Shown piece by piece: positions 50,301 through 59,833 of a stretch of 64,000 nucleotides of DNA. Position 1 is the stretch's first letter. The number at the start of each line of letters is the position of its first letter. Where the stretch lies: positions 32,556 to 96,555 of the IMG/VR virus record IMGVR_UViG_3300030330_006692; one strand, written 5' to 3'. Position numbers and translations under genes: made by a program. The stretch is from a virus. Its lineage: Duplodnaviria > Caudoviricetes. The notes under the pieces are model-generated. The model was given only the letters and a program-made list of their open reading frames with translations, was not told the DNA's origin and ran no database searches.

Positions 50301-51820
50301 ATGATTCGCTACTTACAATAAAAGATATATATGATTATATCATAGTGCCAGTGCGTAATAGATTCAATACATATAGTCAATATTGTACAGATTTTTGCAC
50401 TTATAATAATATTGAAAATAAGTTTAATTTGTTTTTTGCTAATTCAGTAGAAGAACATTATAATGTTGGTACCAAGCCGACAAAAACAACATTTGCTGGT
50501 GCACCACCACCACAGCCACCATGGTTTGAAACACCTTACCTCATTGCTGCGCTTAGAATGCTAGTTTTTAGAAAATATGATCTCGGCAACGATAAATCAA
50601 ATTTGAACTTAGAGAGACAAATTATGACTGAAGCTCAACAGCTTTCTAAGCAGTGCAATCCGAGAACAGGTACCAAAGAAGGAGTAGAAAACATTAAGCA
50701 ACTTTTAGAGGGATTCTATGACATGTTCAGACTCCAGGAATCAGGTATGTTGGATAAAATTCACGAAGTGACAGGCATAGACACAATTGGCAGTTTATCA
50801 GATTTACAAAGTGCAACATATGCAATCACCTCAGTTACAAACGCTTCCGAAGGGTTTGAGCAAATGCACTGGCGCGGCGGCGCCCTGCCCCTAAAAGCAG
50901 CATATTTTGTTGGCTCAGTACAATGTGATCAGAGAATATTCGGAGAAGTTCTGATAGAAAGTCGCTCTCCGGGTGACATTGAGTTTGTTGATCCCGCAGA
51001 TATCCCGGAACTCCAGTTGGAGCAAGACGATGTCAACGCTACTGACGCTGGACCAGCAGGTGATGGTTTCGAGGATTACGGTTCAATCTACGAAATGAAT
51101 GTCGTAGATAACATACTTGGAGCCACTGCTCAAAAATTAAACGATATGTTAGAATTGCAGAGTCTAGTTCAAGAATACAATTTCGGAAGAGCTGGTATGG
51201 TTGAGTCATTGGCTGCGATTGAAATGGCACTGGGATTGGGAGTTGGCGGCTCTATGATGGAACCTTTAGCCCAGCCGTCTGACTGGGTATTAGATGGAAC
51301 GATTATATGGGAATCAATAGTAAACACTTTAGTCACCAATGAGGCTGGAACCGGGATGCATGCTATGGATAGAAGTTCGCTGCTGGGTGGGGGTTTTGCA
51401 TCTCCAGACATAAGAATAGCGGCTGAAAATTTGATCAATGAAGAAATGCTGAGCATGACTGTTGACAGCAAAAATATTATAAAACAATTTGAAGGTGCCC
51501 ATACGAATGGTATCCAGCCTTCATTTTTAGCCTCTTCAGGCGGATTGTTAAACATGGACAACGGCCTTCTTTCTCTCGGTGGAGCCGCCGGCACTAGAGG
51601 CATCCGCGGCTTTGCTGCACCAGAAAATTACCCAAGCAGAGGAGACTACTTAGCACCCCCGGGCGCGACGTCAACCACAAGACTCTCGCTATCCTCTATT
51701 GGAGTTGGCGCTGCCGTGTATGGCGGGTTTAGTACGGGTATGGCGGCAATAGCAACATACACAGGCTTTGATGATGTTACTGCAATCACATCCATGGTTG
51801 ATATGAATGTTTGGGCGTAA
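47345..51820 (+). CDS. large (about 1490 aa) putative structural protein
   Basis: Long ORF with an ATGA overlap at 47345-47348 and a Gly/Ala-rich hydrophobic C-terminus. Confidence 0.75.
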   Translation: MTKINPLHIDQRRLLGKNLPTPIFEKIILNNPDPSEANRGDLRIDHKISISFTLPPEGRHDAQYLEAKDIVKHYLDDLYLYVYVSPFYSINTALEEKRLNIRDLFAAYSDKEMTKHNFVGPGYEGTGLAWDFPTQIYPYIIEYMQQIFLNKTAPSGDNWFEDLSKATDDDGTILGYDKETARTMLNNPSFNAIDGLDFNPIFRIFWGKKGISGRWNGSDDVYTGTGGGRDGGGMKAWMDENGYTLKIYDGDVDGSSFMYHYLEYTLSFLVRGGYDSNATYRRKIPLKDLVAEDNDYESVLSNGIEYTKEGDEIFKISNISTFTLFNLTGDTSGELIDSYTSRLSFVEKLFSIAFVGVDVDTLQAKTHPEDSRSESYGWGIPYYSEDSEYAGVSFGGYAAQYDLMPRRPLANAYFGNIVYEHIMQNSKVVERPEEAFYRVSDNVQYDEVPLTSWDLRYYEQKPVGRAQIINAMRNLISNYSDRRGSVGSKLDNNIRGLEYILEVHKDSADLLIKFRNYMGTYSDKSPATPSGTFYSNFKTIATDFAKAVMNQERVTKRLFRNVIVQDNRAFSGLLSAGQGYVAPRTYNEDVQYRSGTEDEPFGDYIPRNWTRYHSAVYFKKGADGTEWNREDSEWWQIYLSFLAAFTGMHGEYSSSTTGLGYDIDLRKKSADLEGYASGDTDRLESYQSAFAMELEGYGWQEMSELAIKQANLWFHNNMEYSILGLHDTYDSFGFAGGGWSSYDHKGDRVVINKGHFFFDWEKALGTQSALSQVLSPAAIERFLGWKIPYKRFPVIISSVARCGAFNETVTGNQYIECRMGARPEYNDYTTGTTFHYPRSIYSLSNCTGKLGYVGHQYAHCNYPGDVGDSSDDPILFQTYLKFINFDVVNGDTFTGKRTLRDYTKWTPEWPFNPVLLGTGVCGDYRLMCFEFQDIMDDNYAYFNFYVGHMDDDDKNDYESDITIHLESKNTEGEPFAQYKFYVGCYDDSLLTIKDIYDYIIVPVRNRFNTYSQYCTDFCTYNNIENKFNLFFANSVEEHYNVGTKPTKTTFAGAPPPQPPWFETPYLIAALRMLVFRKYDLGNDKSNLNLERQIMTEAQQLSKQCNPRTGTKEGVENIKQLLEGFYDMFRLQESGMLDKIHEVTGIDTIGSLSDLQSATYAITSVTNASEGFEQMHWRGGALPLKAAYFVGSVQCDQRIFGEVLIESRSPGDIEFVDPADIPELQLEQDDVNATDAGPAGDGFEDYGSIYEMNVVDNILGATAQKLNDMLELQSLVQEYNFGRAGMVESLAAIEMALGLGVGGSMMEPLAQPSDWVLDGTIIWESIVNTLVTNEAGTGMHAMDRSSLLGGGFASPDIRIAAENLINEEMLSMTVDSKNIIKQFEGAHTNGIQPSFLASSGGLLNMDNGLLSLGGAAGTRGIRGFAAPENYPSRGDYLAPPGATSTTRLSLSSIGVGAAVYGGFSTGMAAIATYTGFDDVTAITSMVDMNVWA

Positions 51821-51883
51821 AGTTCTAAGAACAAAGACTACAAATTTGTAAATGATATATTTATAAAATAGAGGAAATTAGAA

Positions 51884-52522
51884 ATGTCGGTTTTTAACCC
51901 AAGGCTCTTGAGTAAAAAAGGTAATTTAAAAAATAGGATAATTACATCCTCTCCACACGATATATTAATCAGTACTGTGCAGGATGTTTTGATAACAAAA
52001 GGCTACTTGTTTGATCACAATCCATGCCCTCAAACCCTTATCCCAATGTCCGCAGGTATTTTGGATACCTTTGAGATTGTTTTATCTAATGAGAAAAAAA
52101 CACACTCGTTAATACAAAAACAGACTTCTAATTTTAAAATCGATAATCCAAATATTCTAGATCCTCAGATTTCCTTAGTCACGCAAATTGAAAAAACCAC
52201 AAAAGAGCTAGGAATGACGTTTGATATAGGCAGTACTTTATTTGAGCAAGATTACAAACTTACAACTAATGAAGAAATACTTTATAAACAAAATAAATCA
52301 ACGCTAAAAAATAGTGCTAGCGGATTATCATTTATAGCGTTATTTTTTTGTGGTGAGCAGCTTGGCGCTCTTACAAGAGACAATAAATATATGATAGATA
52401 AAGAAAAATACACTAAGATTTTAGTGCAAGGCACTGGCAGAAGTGCAAAAAACGAAAAATCAATGATTATACGCCCAAGCGCTCTAGAACAACATATTTG
52501 TAGAGGTGTCGGAAGTATATGA
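51884..52522 (+). CDS. hypothetical protein (212 aa)
   Basis: ORF with SD GAGG and an upstream TATTTA motif. Confidence 0.7.
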   Translation: MSVFNPRLLSKKGNLKNRIITSSPHDILISTVQDVLITKGYLFDHNPCPQTLIPMSAGILDTFEIVLSNEKKTHSLIQKQTSNFKIDNPNILDPQISLVTQIEKTTKELGMTFDIGSTLFEQDYKLTTNEEILYKQNKSTLKNSASGLSFIALFFCGEQLGALTRDNKYMIDKEKYTKILVQGTGRSAKNEKSMIIRPSALEQHICRGVGSI

Positions 52523-54333
52523 GATCTCACGATGGAAGCCACGAATGGTGGAACTGGATGCTTCCAGGGCCATATAACCAATTTATGATCACCAGTTACC
52601 CCGACGACACAGATGGATACGCATATAAGGGCTACTCTTTACAAGATGCTGTTGAGACAATAACTGGTGATAATTTTGACAATTTTTCCGAAATTGTAGG
52701 CGAAGGACTTTCTGATCTCTCCTTTACCGACGGCTCCTACGCCGGCGGCTATGGTCGTCAAGGCATGACATCCACCATTTATGAAAGTGGCGAATTTCAC
52801 GATTCAGAGACTCCAAAAGAGGGCTATGAAGTTATCGGCAGATTAGCATTGACAGCAACTGAAAATAACGATTTACATGCATTTTTTCCAAACGCGTCGA
52901 AAGATTGGACAGAAACAAATGGAGAAGCCTTTATAGTTAAAATGTTAACTGATCGAATACCATACCAAGTACCTCTTGATAATTATAATGGATACCTAAG
53001 TTCTGCTTGGTGGTTCGCTTGGAGTCAAAAAATGAGATTTTATTCGGTGACTTCCGCGACAACAAAATCTGACATGCAGGCAGCCTCAGCCGGGTTCGAA
53101 GATATAAACTACTCATTAATTAATCCATGCCCTGATTGTCAGACAATCGGTAGAGCAATTAATGAATGGGAAAGAATGTCATCGTTTTATTATGGCTATG
53201 GCGGCGCTGGTGTTTATGACTACTTCGCAGCCGAAGCAGGGTTTCTGACTAATGTTTCGCAAGGTATTCAAGGTATTGATCAAGCCCGGGCAGACGGATC
53301 CGCCTCGGCTGGTTCTGGATTTGTCGGAACCGCAACCTACCAAGACACCGTGGATAGTTATATGGATTCTGAGTCTATTTTAAGAACCACGCAAGATGTA
53401 CTACTCGCCTCCGATGCGCTAGCGCCAATAGCCGCGGCATACGGGGTTGTTGATGCATCTGGGATAGATACCCTAAGATGGGAGTCGGAAATCAACACTA
53501 ATACATATGGCTCTGCATACTGGACTAGCCTTAGATCACAGCGTCAGTTCTTCGGAATCTTAACAAAGTTTACAGGAGTTTCTGACTCGGATAATGTAAT
53601 GCCAGATTTTTTTAATATTAGCTTTTTCCAAACTCATGCGCGCCAACGCGTGCTCGGCTACAGCGGAGATGTTCACAGAGGTGGATACGAAGGCAGAAGC
53701 TCCGAGACAAGAGAGACTTCGACATCAGATGCGGCAATTACCTCAACGCTCCATGGCAATCATATTGATGCGATTACAGATAATACTGATCCAAAGCGCT
53801 CAACTGTTCCTTATACTCCATATATAAAATCATATGACTACTCCAAAAGCGCTGAAGTTACCGCCGAGCTTTTTGGAACAACGGATGTAACAAATTGGGG
53901 AGAAGGATCAATCACAACAGAGGAAACATACGGTATGTATCATCTACATACATCCACTGGTGTCATCGTAGATCTCATAAATAGATTTGGTGCCACCAAT
54001 AGCAGCTACAAGGGCTCTACTACCGGAGTCAGCGCCGACGCGTCTGTCATGACAATGAGAGATAGAATGTCCTACTTAGGTGCTATAGACAAGTCAAAAG
54101 GATTTCTTGCAAACAAAGCATGGCTTTTACAAATATCTTTGGATGCATGGACAGGAAATATGGAAAATAAAATAAACCAGCAGCTTTCTCCAACTCTAGA
54201 TATTAAAATGATGAACCCAGTAGGAGACATATACGGCGGCTATACGGCAACAGAAGCTTCTTCAATGCCAGCTGATTCTTCAATGATGGGTGATTCTGGA
54301 GATTCTTCTGGCGGCTCTTATGGTTCGTATTAA
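52519..54333 (+). CDS. hypothetical acidic Ser/Gly/Thr-rich protein (604 aa)
   Basis: Long ORF with an ATGA overlap and a low-complexity C-terminal tail. Confidence 0.75.
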   Translation: MRSHDGSHEWWNWMLPGPYNQFMITSYPDDTDGYAYKGYSLQDAVETITGDNFDNFSEIVGEGLSDLSFTDGSYAGGYGRQGMTSTIYESGEFHDSETPKEGYEVIGRLALTATENNDLHAFFPNASKDWTETNGEAFIVKMLTDRIPYQVPLDNYNGYLSSAWWFAWSQKMRFYSVTSATTKSDMQAASAGFEDINYSLINPCPDCQTIGRAINEWERMSSFYYGYGGAGVYDYFAAEAGFLTNVSQGIQGIDQARADGSASAGSGFVGTATYQDTVDSYMDSESILRTTQDVLLASDALAPIAAAYGVVDASGIDTLRWESEINTNTYGSAYWTSLRSQRQFFGILTKFTGVSDSDNVMPDFFNISFFQTHARQRVLGYSGDVHRGGYEGRSSETRETSTSDAAITSTLHGNHIDAITDNTDPKRSTVPYTPYIKSYDYSKSAEVTAELFGTTDVTNWGEGSITTEETYGMYHLHTSTGVIVDLINRFGATNSSYKGSTTGVSADASVMTMRDRMSYLGAIDKSKGFLANKAWLLQISLDAWTGNMENKINQQLSPTLDIKMMNPVGDIYGGYTATEASSMPADSSMMGDSGDSSGGSYGSY

Positions 54334-54354
54334 TAAATTAATTGAGAATATAAA

Positions 54355-57300
54355 ATGGCGACTAAATTAGAAAGAAAAAAAATAACAATAGTAAGTAAAG
54401 AACTGTTGAACACCGGCCCTGATCGTCTAAAAGTGGCGCTGGGAGATGAGTTCTATATTGCAGAAGAGGCTGAACCAGCTTACAGACTTCCAGATTCCAA
54501 TTCTGCAGTTTATAATCAGTATTATGAAAGAACAAAGCCTACCTCTGATGCTTATGTGCAAGAGCATATATATGGAGATTTTCTCGGAGAATATGACAAT
54601 AATTTGCCTCGAGCAATGGTTGATTCCACTATTATGCCATTCGGTGTACCGCCACTGATAGGAGAATGGGAGGCTAATTTTTATAATGTAGATATGATTA
54701 GTCAGAATGCATACGTTCCTAACTTCAAAGTGCCTATAAGGTTTTTTGCATCTTGGGATAATTCCAAAGGAGATCTTTATTGGAACAAATATTGGATGGG
54801 AGGAGTTTGGGATGGAAAAGAATACGCGCCCCTCATCGACGAAAATAAGGTGCTTTATATAATTAAATCCGATTTTTATATGCCGTATTCAGATGAAATG
54901 ATGAATCATTTTGATGCAGAATATTATGATGGAATTCCGTCATTGAAGTATTCAATTAATGCTTTTTATGAACATTACGATAGAGATATTCAAAACAGAA
55001 TCGATTGGGAAAAAGACATAGAAGAAAAGCTACTGCCAAGCTATCTATTTGTTCGCGATCGCTACCAAGGAAATTTTAGTGAAACATATTTTGATTCTTC
55101 AGATACTGGAATAACTGTTGCCAACGAATCCGGCGGATCACTGTGGAGAAACTATACTTTTCAAGAAATAAATTTAGCGATATGGCACTTTGGCAGAAGA
55201 AAAATGGTAGGCGATATCGACGATGCACCAGCTAGAGCCGCAGCAAACAGAAAAAATGACTACTTTAATACAAACTGGCCTAAAACATGGGATTTGGAAG
55301 ATGTGGCTGCAGCAAGAGAGCATGCTCGCCGTCATCTAGAAAATATATTTATTGATCAATTTTATTATGAGTATTATGGTGAGAGTGACGGTGATCTTGC
55401 GACAGGCGTGACATCCGATGATCACAGCGACAAGGAGACCGCCGATGAACGACATAAGAACATTATAGCGAGCAGCAAACCTTATGGAATAAATATTGGG
55501 TTTGATCGACATAAAACTAATGAACCCGCAGACGGCTTCGAGCAACATAATGTTCATGCACAAAGCGAAGGTAAAGCAAATTACAACACAGGTAAAAATT
55601 TAATAAGAGATGTTATCGAAGAAAGTAAATTTTCGACTAAATTTTTAGAAGCACTTAAAGATCTTGACGATGGACAATTTCCTAATTTTCCGCAAAAAAC
55701 TAAAGAATATTCAACACAATTATGTGCCGCCAACAAACACGGACTAACCGATGTGAAATCGATATCTTCCGATGGCGCCTCGTGGTCCGACGTGAGTTTC
55801 CTTCCGGAAGAAAAGACTATCGAAAATCGTAAGTTTAAATGTTTTGAATTTTTGGATTTGCTTGGGTACTTGTACAATAATCAAGAAATTGCAATTAATG
55901 ATAACTTTACAAACTTAGGGCCGGCTTCTATTTCTCATCAAACAACAGTAGCAGATAGTACTTTGTATCGATATGTAGATCAGACAAAATTACTATTAAC
56001 TATGGATAAGACGATGGATTACTTAGGGCAATATTATAGTCCATATTTTGAGGCGTTAAGACAAAAGCAATATTATCTACATCCTGATCCTGATCGAGTC
56101 GAAGATCCTCTGCTGATTAGTCTGACTGATCGAAAAACCTATCTTGAACAACTCGCCAAAAATTTTTTCATGATTCATACTAATACTCCTTTGCACGTTT
56201 TAGCATATCGAATTGATAAATATGAAACAACAGACGCCGGCGATCCAGTGGGAGATCCGATACAGAAATTTTGGATTTTTAATTCGTCAAACGCCCCTAA
56301 CAGAATTAATATAAAAGATACCCAAGTAAAATTTGGAAAACAATATTGCTATAAAGTTTTTGCATACACTTGCGTTCTTACCAGTAAATACAAATATGAT
56401 AACTTAAGATTAACAAAACAAATTGCAAGATATGATAGATTTGGTGAAGACGAGCGCGCGACTCTCCGCGGAGACAGAGAAAACGCCCTAGGCATTGAGA
56501 CATATTGCGTTCAATTTTATAATCCTTATAGCGAAGAGTTGGCTGATCAGACATTTAGCAGCACGCTAGGAGAGTACGGTGGCGATACTGACAGTATCAC
56601 ATACCAACAAACAGTCTTATCAGAAGAAAATCTTTTTGCGACATTAGGGCAAGAGATTATTCGATATCCCCAGGCGGCAGATATATATTTTAATTTTCAA
56701 CCGTGTTTGGAAATTTTAGAAATCCCAATGATAGAAAAAACTATTGGAGTTTTTGATAATCCATCTTATGCATTATCTCCTCAGCCATTTCATTTTATGG
56801 ATACTACAAATAGATTAGCATTTTCTTTACGCGGCGAACCGTTTAAGCCTTATTTTTATCCTCCAATTATTAATCAAGAAGATAAAGTACTTCAAAAAAA
56901 ATATATGCAATCGCGAAGCTTGTATAATTCTGATTTCGTATCTGAGTATTCTCGCTCACCAGCAAGGTACATAGAAATGTATAGGATATCGAAAACTCCA
57001 GAATCGTTCGCCGATTTTGCAAATAATATGGTGAGTCGAATTGATTTAAGAATCCCCGATAGCAAATATAATGTTAAAGATTATGTAGCAACAGATCGAG
57101 TTTTAGCCAATAAAAAATATTACTACGTGTTCAGGACTGTAAATGAAGCCGGTATGCCCTCCTGGCCATCTCCAATTATAGAGTCAACCTTGGTGGATGA
57201 TGGCGGATATATCTATTCTATTTTTGATACATATGATACATCTAATTTCTTAAACGATCCGTTTAAAGAGCCTTCTGTTCAAATCAAAAAAATGTTGCAA

Positions 57301-57600
57301 CTGGAGCCAAATATTAAACAGATGCAATTTGACATAACCGGAGTAGACTTTAAACAGCCCGCCCAAACACAATTAGACAACATTCAGCTGGGCACCACTG
57401 ATGGTGAAAGATTGTGGGATAAGAAATTTAAAATTCGTTTAACATCAAAAAAGACAGGTAAAAAAATAGATATCAATGTTACGTACGAGATTAACAAGTC
57501 TGTTAGTACGGAAGAACACATAGAAATATCATATCTTGATCCGGACTCTGATTTGCCGTACCCACTGTGGCTGACTTCTACTGGGTATAGCTCGAGCTAG
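54355..57600 (+). CDS. hypothetical structural protein (1081 aa), possibly with fibronectin-III-like C-terminal segments
   Basis: DTQVKFGKQYCYKVFA and DRVLANKKYYYVFRTVNEAG resemble FN3 F/G-strand patterns. Confidence 0.7.
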   Translation: MATKLERKKITIVSKELLNTGPDRLKVALGDEFYIAEEAEPAYRLPDSNSAVYNQYYERTKPTSDAYVQEHIYGDFLGEYDNNLPRAMVDSTIMPFGVPPLIGEWEANFYNVDMISQNAYVPNFKVPIRFFASWDNSKGDLYWNKYWMGGVWDGKEYAPLIDENKVLYIIKSDFYMPYSDEMMNHFDAEYYDGIPSLKYSINAFYEHYDRDIQNRIDWEKDIEEKLLPSYLFVRDRYQGNFSETYFDSSDTGITVANESGGSLWRNYTFQEINLAIWHFGRRKMVGDIDDAPARAAANRKNDYFNTNWPKTWDLEDVAAAREHARRHLENIFIDQFYYEYYGESDGDLATGVTSDDHSDKETADERHKNIIASSKPYGINIGFDRHKTNEPADGFEQHNVHAQSEGKANYNTGKNLIRDVIEESKFSTKFLEALKDLDDGQFPNFPQKTKEYSTQLCAANKHGLTDVKSISSDGASWSDVSFLPEEKTIENRKFKCFEFLDLLGYLYNNQEIAINDNFTNLGPASISHQTTVADSTLYRYVDQTKLLLTMDKTMDYLGQYYSPYFEALRQKQYYLHPDPDRVEDPLLISLTDRKTYLEQLAKNFFMIHTNTPLHVLAYRIDKYETTDAGDPVGDPIQKFWIFNSSNAPNRINIKDTQVKFGKQYCYKVFAYTCVLTSKYKYDNLRLTKQIARYDRFGEDERATLRGDRENALGIETYCVQFYNPYSEELADQTFSSTLGEYGGDTDSITYQQTVLSEENLFATLGQEIIRYPQAADIYFNFQPCLEILEIPMIEKTIGVFDNPSYALSPQPFHFMDTTNRLAFSLRGEPFKPYFYPPIINQEDKVLQKKYMQSRSLYNSDFVSEYSRSPARYIEMYRISKTPESFADFANNMVSRIDLRIPDSKYNVKDYVATDRVLANKKYYYVFRTVNEAGMPSWPSPIIESTLVDDGGYIYSIFDTYDTSNFLNDPFKEPSVQIKKMLQLEPNIKQMQFDITGVDFKQPAQTQLDNIQLGTTDGERLWDKKFKIRLTSKKTGKKIDINVTYEINKSVSTEEHIEISYLDPDSDLPYPLWLTSTGYSSS

Positions 57601-57636
57601 ACAACAAAAAATAATATTAGAGAAACTATTTAAAAC

Positions 57637-58752
57637 ATGGCATACATAAAAAGAAGCGATTCAATTGTAGTAACTGCAACTTTAACTGAAAAAGGTAAAA
57701 GATTATTGTCGCGTGGCAAATTTAAAGTATCAAAATTTGCACTTGGCGACGATGAGATTGATTACGATCTTTTTGATCCAGACCGTTACTCCACCGATGC
57801 TTACAACCCAGCACTCGTAAACTCACTAATGTTAGAGGCTTTTAAAAAAGATAATGTCAATATTTTTTATGGACTGGACTCATATGAATCAGGGATATTG
57901 TATTTATCGAATGAAGAGATCAGCGCCATGGGGGGAGCAAGCTTGCATGCAAGCATTGAGTATCTACCAATTTTAATAAAAAATCCTAATACCAAGCTTT
58001 CACCTACTCTTAGGGATTCGGTATATTACTTATCTGCAAATAGTGAAACTACTGAAAAACTAGACTCAATTGGTAATTTTAGATTTTTGACTACAGATAA
58101 ATTAGAAAATGTAAAAATTATAATTGAATCTGGAATTGATAATCCAGATGGTAGTCAAGATGCAACACGCCCAACAAAATTAAATCAAGAAAAAATGATA
58201 TTCCAAAGATTTTTGTTGGATATGGATTATTATGTTTACGCGGATAATAGGTTTATTAATAAAATATGCGGAATAAAACCAAATTCTCAATATAAAAATT
58301 ATGCTTATGATATGAAGAGGTTCGACATAAATTTCATAACATCGGAACCCGCCCCACCAATTTCTTTATCGTCAGAATTTGAAAACTATGCCACGTATAT
58401 AATTAAAGGCATTATAAATAAAATGTTTTCTCATAATAATTACGATCACTTTGAAAGTTCCTGGGACGCCATTGATGCAGCCCAAGCGATTCAATCGGGC
58501 GGCTCTCAACTTAACGGCCCAAGAGGTGGAATTGTTGCATTAAATCCAATTATAAGTGAAGAATTAAAAGAAAACTCATTGGGAATTAGAGACTTTAGAT
58601 ACTCGGATTATGGCTTTGTCGACAAAATACTTTTTAGTGAATTGCCCACAAGTAAGTTCGATTATATTGATACCACTATTTATGTTATAGGGTTGTCTTC
58701 AAATGCTAGAATTCAAATTCCTATACGAATAGTAAGATACGCAGGTACATAA
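57637..58752 (+). CDS. structural protein, tail-collar/fibre-attachment N-half-like paralog
   Basis: Motif LTEKGKRLLSRGKFKVSKFALGDDEIDY, with a C-terminal FDYIDTTI...QIPIRI shared with 58828. Confidence 0.75.
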   Translation: MAYIKRSDSIVVTATLTEKGKRLLSRGKFKVSKFALGDDEIDYDLFDPDRYSTDAYNPALVNSLMLEAFKKDNVNIFYGLDSYESGILYLSNEEISAMGGASLHASIEYLPILIKNPNTKLSPTLRDSVYYLSANSETTEKLDSIGNFRFLTTDKLENVKIIIESGIDNPDGSQDATRPTKLNQEKMIFQRFLLDMDYYVYADNRFINKICGIKPNSQYKNYAYDMKRFDINFITSEPAPPISLSSEFENYATYIIKGIINKMFSHNNYDHFESSWDAIDAAQAIQSGGSQLNGPRGGIVALNPIISEELKENSLGIRDFRYSDYGFVDKILFSELPTSKFDYIDTTIYVIGLSSNARIQIPIRIVRYAGT

Positions 58753-58827
58753 ATTTTAAAATAAATCAATAATATAGTAAACTCTTTGTATGAAATTTAC
58801 TATTTATTTAGTTAAAGAGGAAAATAA

Positions 58828-59820
58828 ATGGCTTTTTTAGATAATTCCGGAGACATCATACTCGACACAGTACTTACCGAAATAGGTAGGAAAAGAATGG
58901 CTACAGGAAATTTTAAGATTACTAAGTTTGCGCTTGGTGATGATGAAATCGACTATAGCCTATACAATAAAAATCACTCGTCAGGATCGGCGTATTATGA
59001 CTTAGAAATTTTACAAACACCTGTATTTCAATCTAGTACCGGCGTGAATGCAAACATAAATTATGGACTACTTTCATATCGTAACGCGAATTTATTATAT
59101 CTACCAAATATAAAAAGAAATAATTTAATTACTAATTCGGTAGCAATGCGCGATAATGTTTTTTACTTAGCTGTCGATGATGGACAGGTAACCTATGACG
59201 CACTAATGACAGCATTCGGCGGCGTGCAAGGCGGTGGCTCTCGACAATTACTGAAATCAGGAGACATGAATGGGCCGGTTATCTGTATTGAAACAGGAAT
59301 AGACAATGCGGACATCCTAGCGACACCAGAAAATAGACAAACATTTATTGTTGGGCAGGGCTTAGTGGATACCGGCTTTCAGATATCACTAGATAGAAGA
59401 TTTTTTACTGCAGTTCTCGGCCCAAGTGGGCAGGCGACATTCAATAATCAAGGTAATTTCGGAGCCGCAAATATTCGAACTACGCTAATATCGAATACGA
59501 TAACTAATGTCAATAACCAACTTGGAGAAAATTTCGGAATATCTCAGATAAGAGCACTGCAGAATAATGTGACATATAGCGCTGGGAACAATACATCAGA
59601 TACGAGCATATCGGTAATTGCAGGCCCGCGTTCGGCGGTTACATTTATTAATTTTACTGCTTTGGATATCTCCACTTCTGATTTTTCCAAACATGGGAAA
59701 ACAGGACAAACCATTTCCGGAGCAGCGGGAACATATAAATACATTGATACAATGGTTACGATTCTTGGATCAACTGGAACACAAGATCAATTACCAATCA
59801 GAATTATACAAAAAGAATAA
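58828..59820 (+). CDS. structural protein, tail-collar/fibre-attachment N-half-like paralog
   Basis: Motif LTEIGRKRMATGNFKITKFALGDDEIDY, with a C-terminal YKYIDTMV...QLPIRI. Confidence 0.75.
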   Translation: MAFLDNSGDIILDTVLTEIGRKRMATGNFKITKFALGDDEIDYSLYNKNHSSGSAYYDLEILQTPVFQSSTGVNANINYGLLSYRNANLLYLPNIKRNNLITNSVAMRDNVFYLAVDDGQVTYDALMTAFGGVQGGGSRQLLKSGDMNGPVICIETGIDNADILATPENRQTFIVGQGLVDTGFQISLDRRFFTAVLGPSGQATFNNQGNFGAANIRTTLISNTITNVNNQLGENFGISQIRALQNNVTYSAGNNTSDTSISVIAGPRSAVTFINFTALDISTSDFSKHGKTGQTISGAAGTYKYIDTMVTILGSTGTQDQLPIRIIQKE

Positions 59821-59833
59821 CGGAGTTAAATAA

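Noticed and set aside
54253-54330. Short repeats (TTCTTCAATG, GATTCT) at the end of the 604-aa gene
   Set aside because: They are explained by a low-complexity Ser/Gly/Asp/Met protein tail and do not form a regular DNA repeat array.
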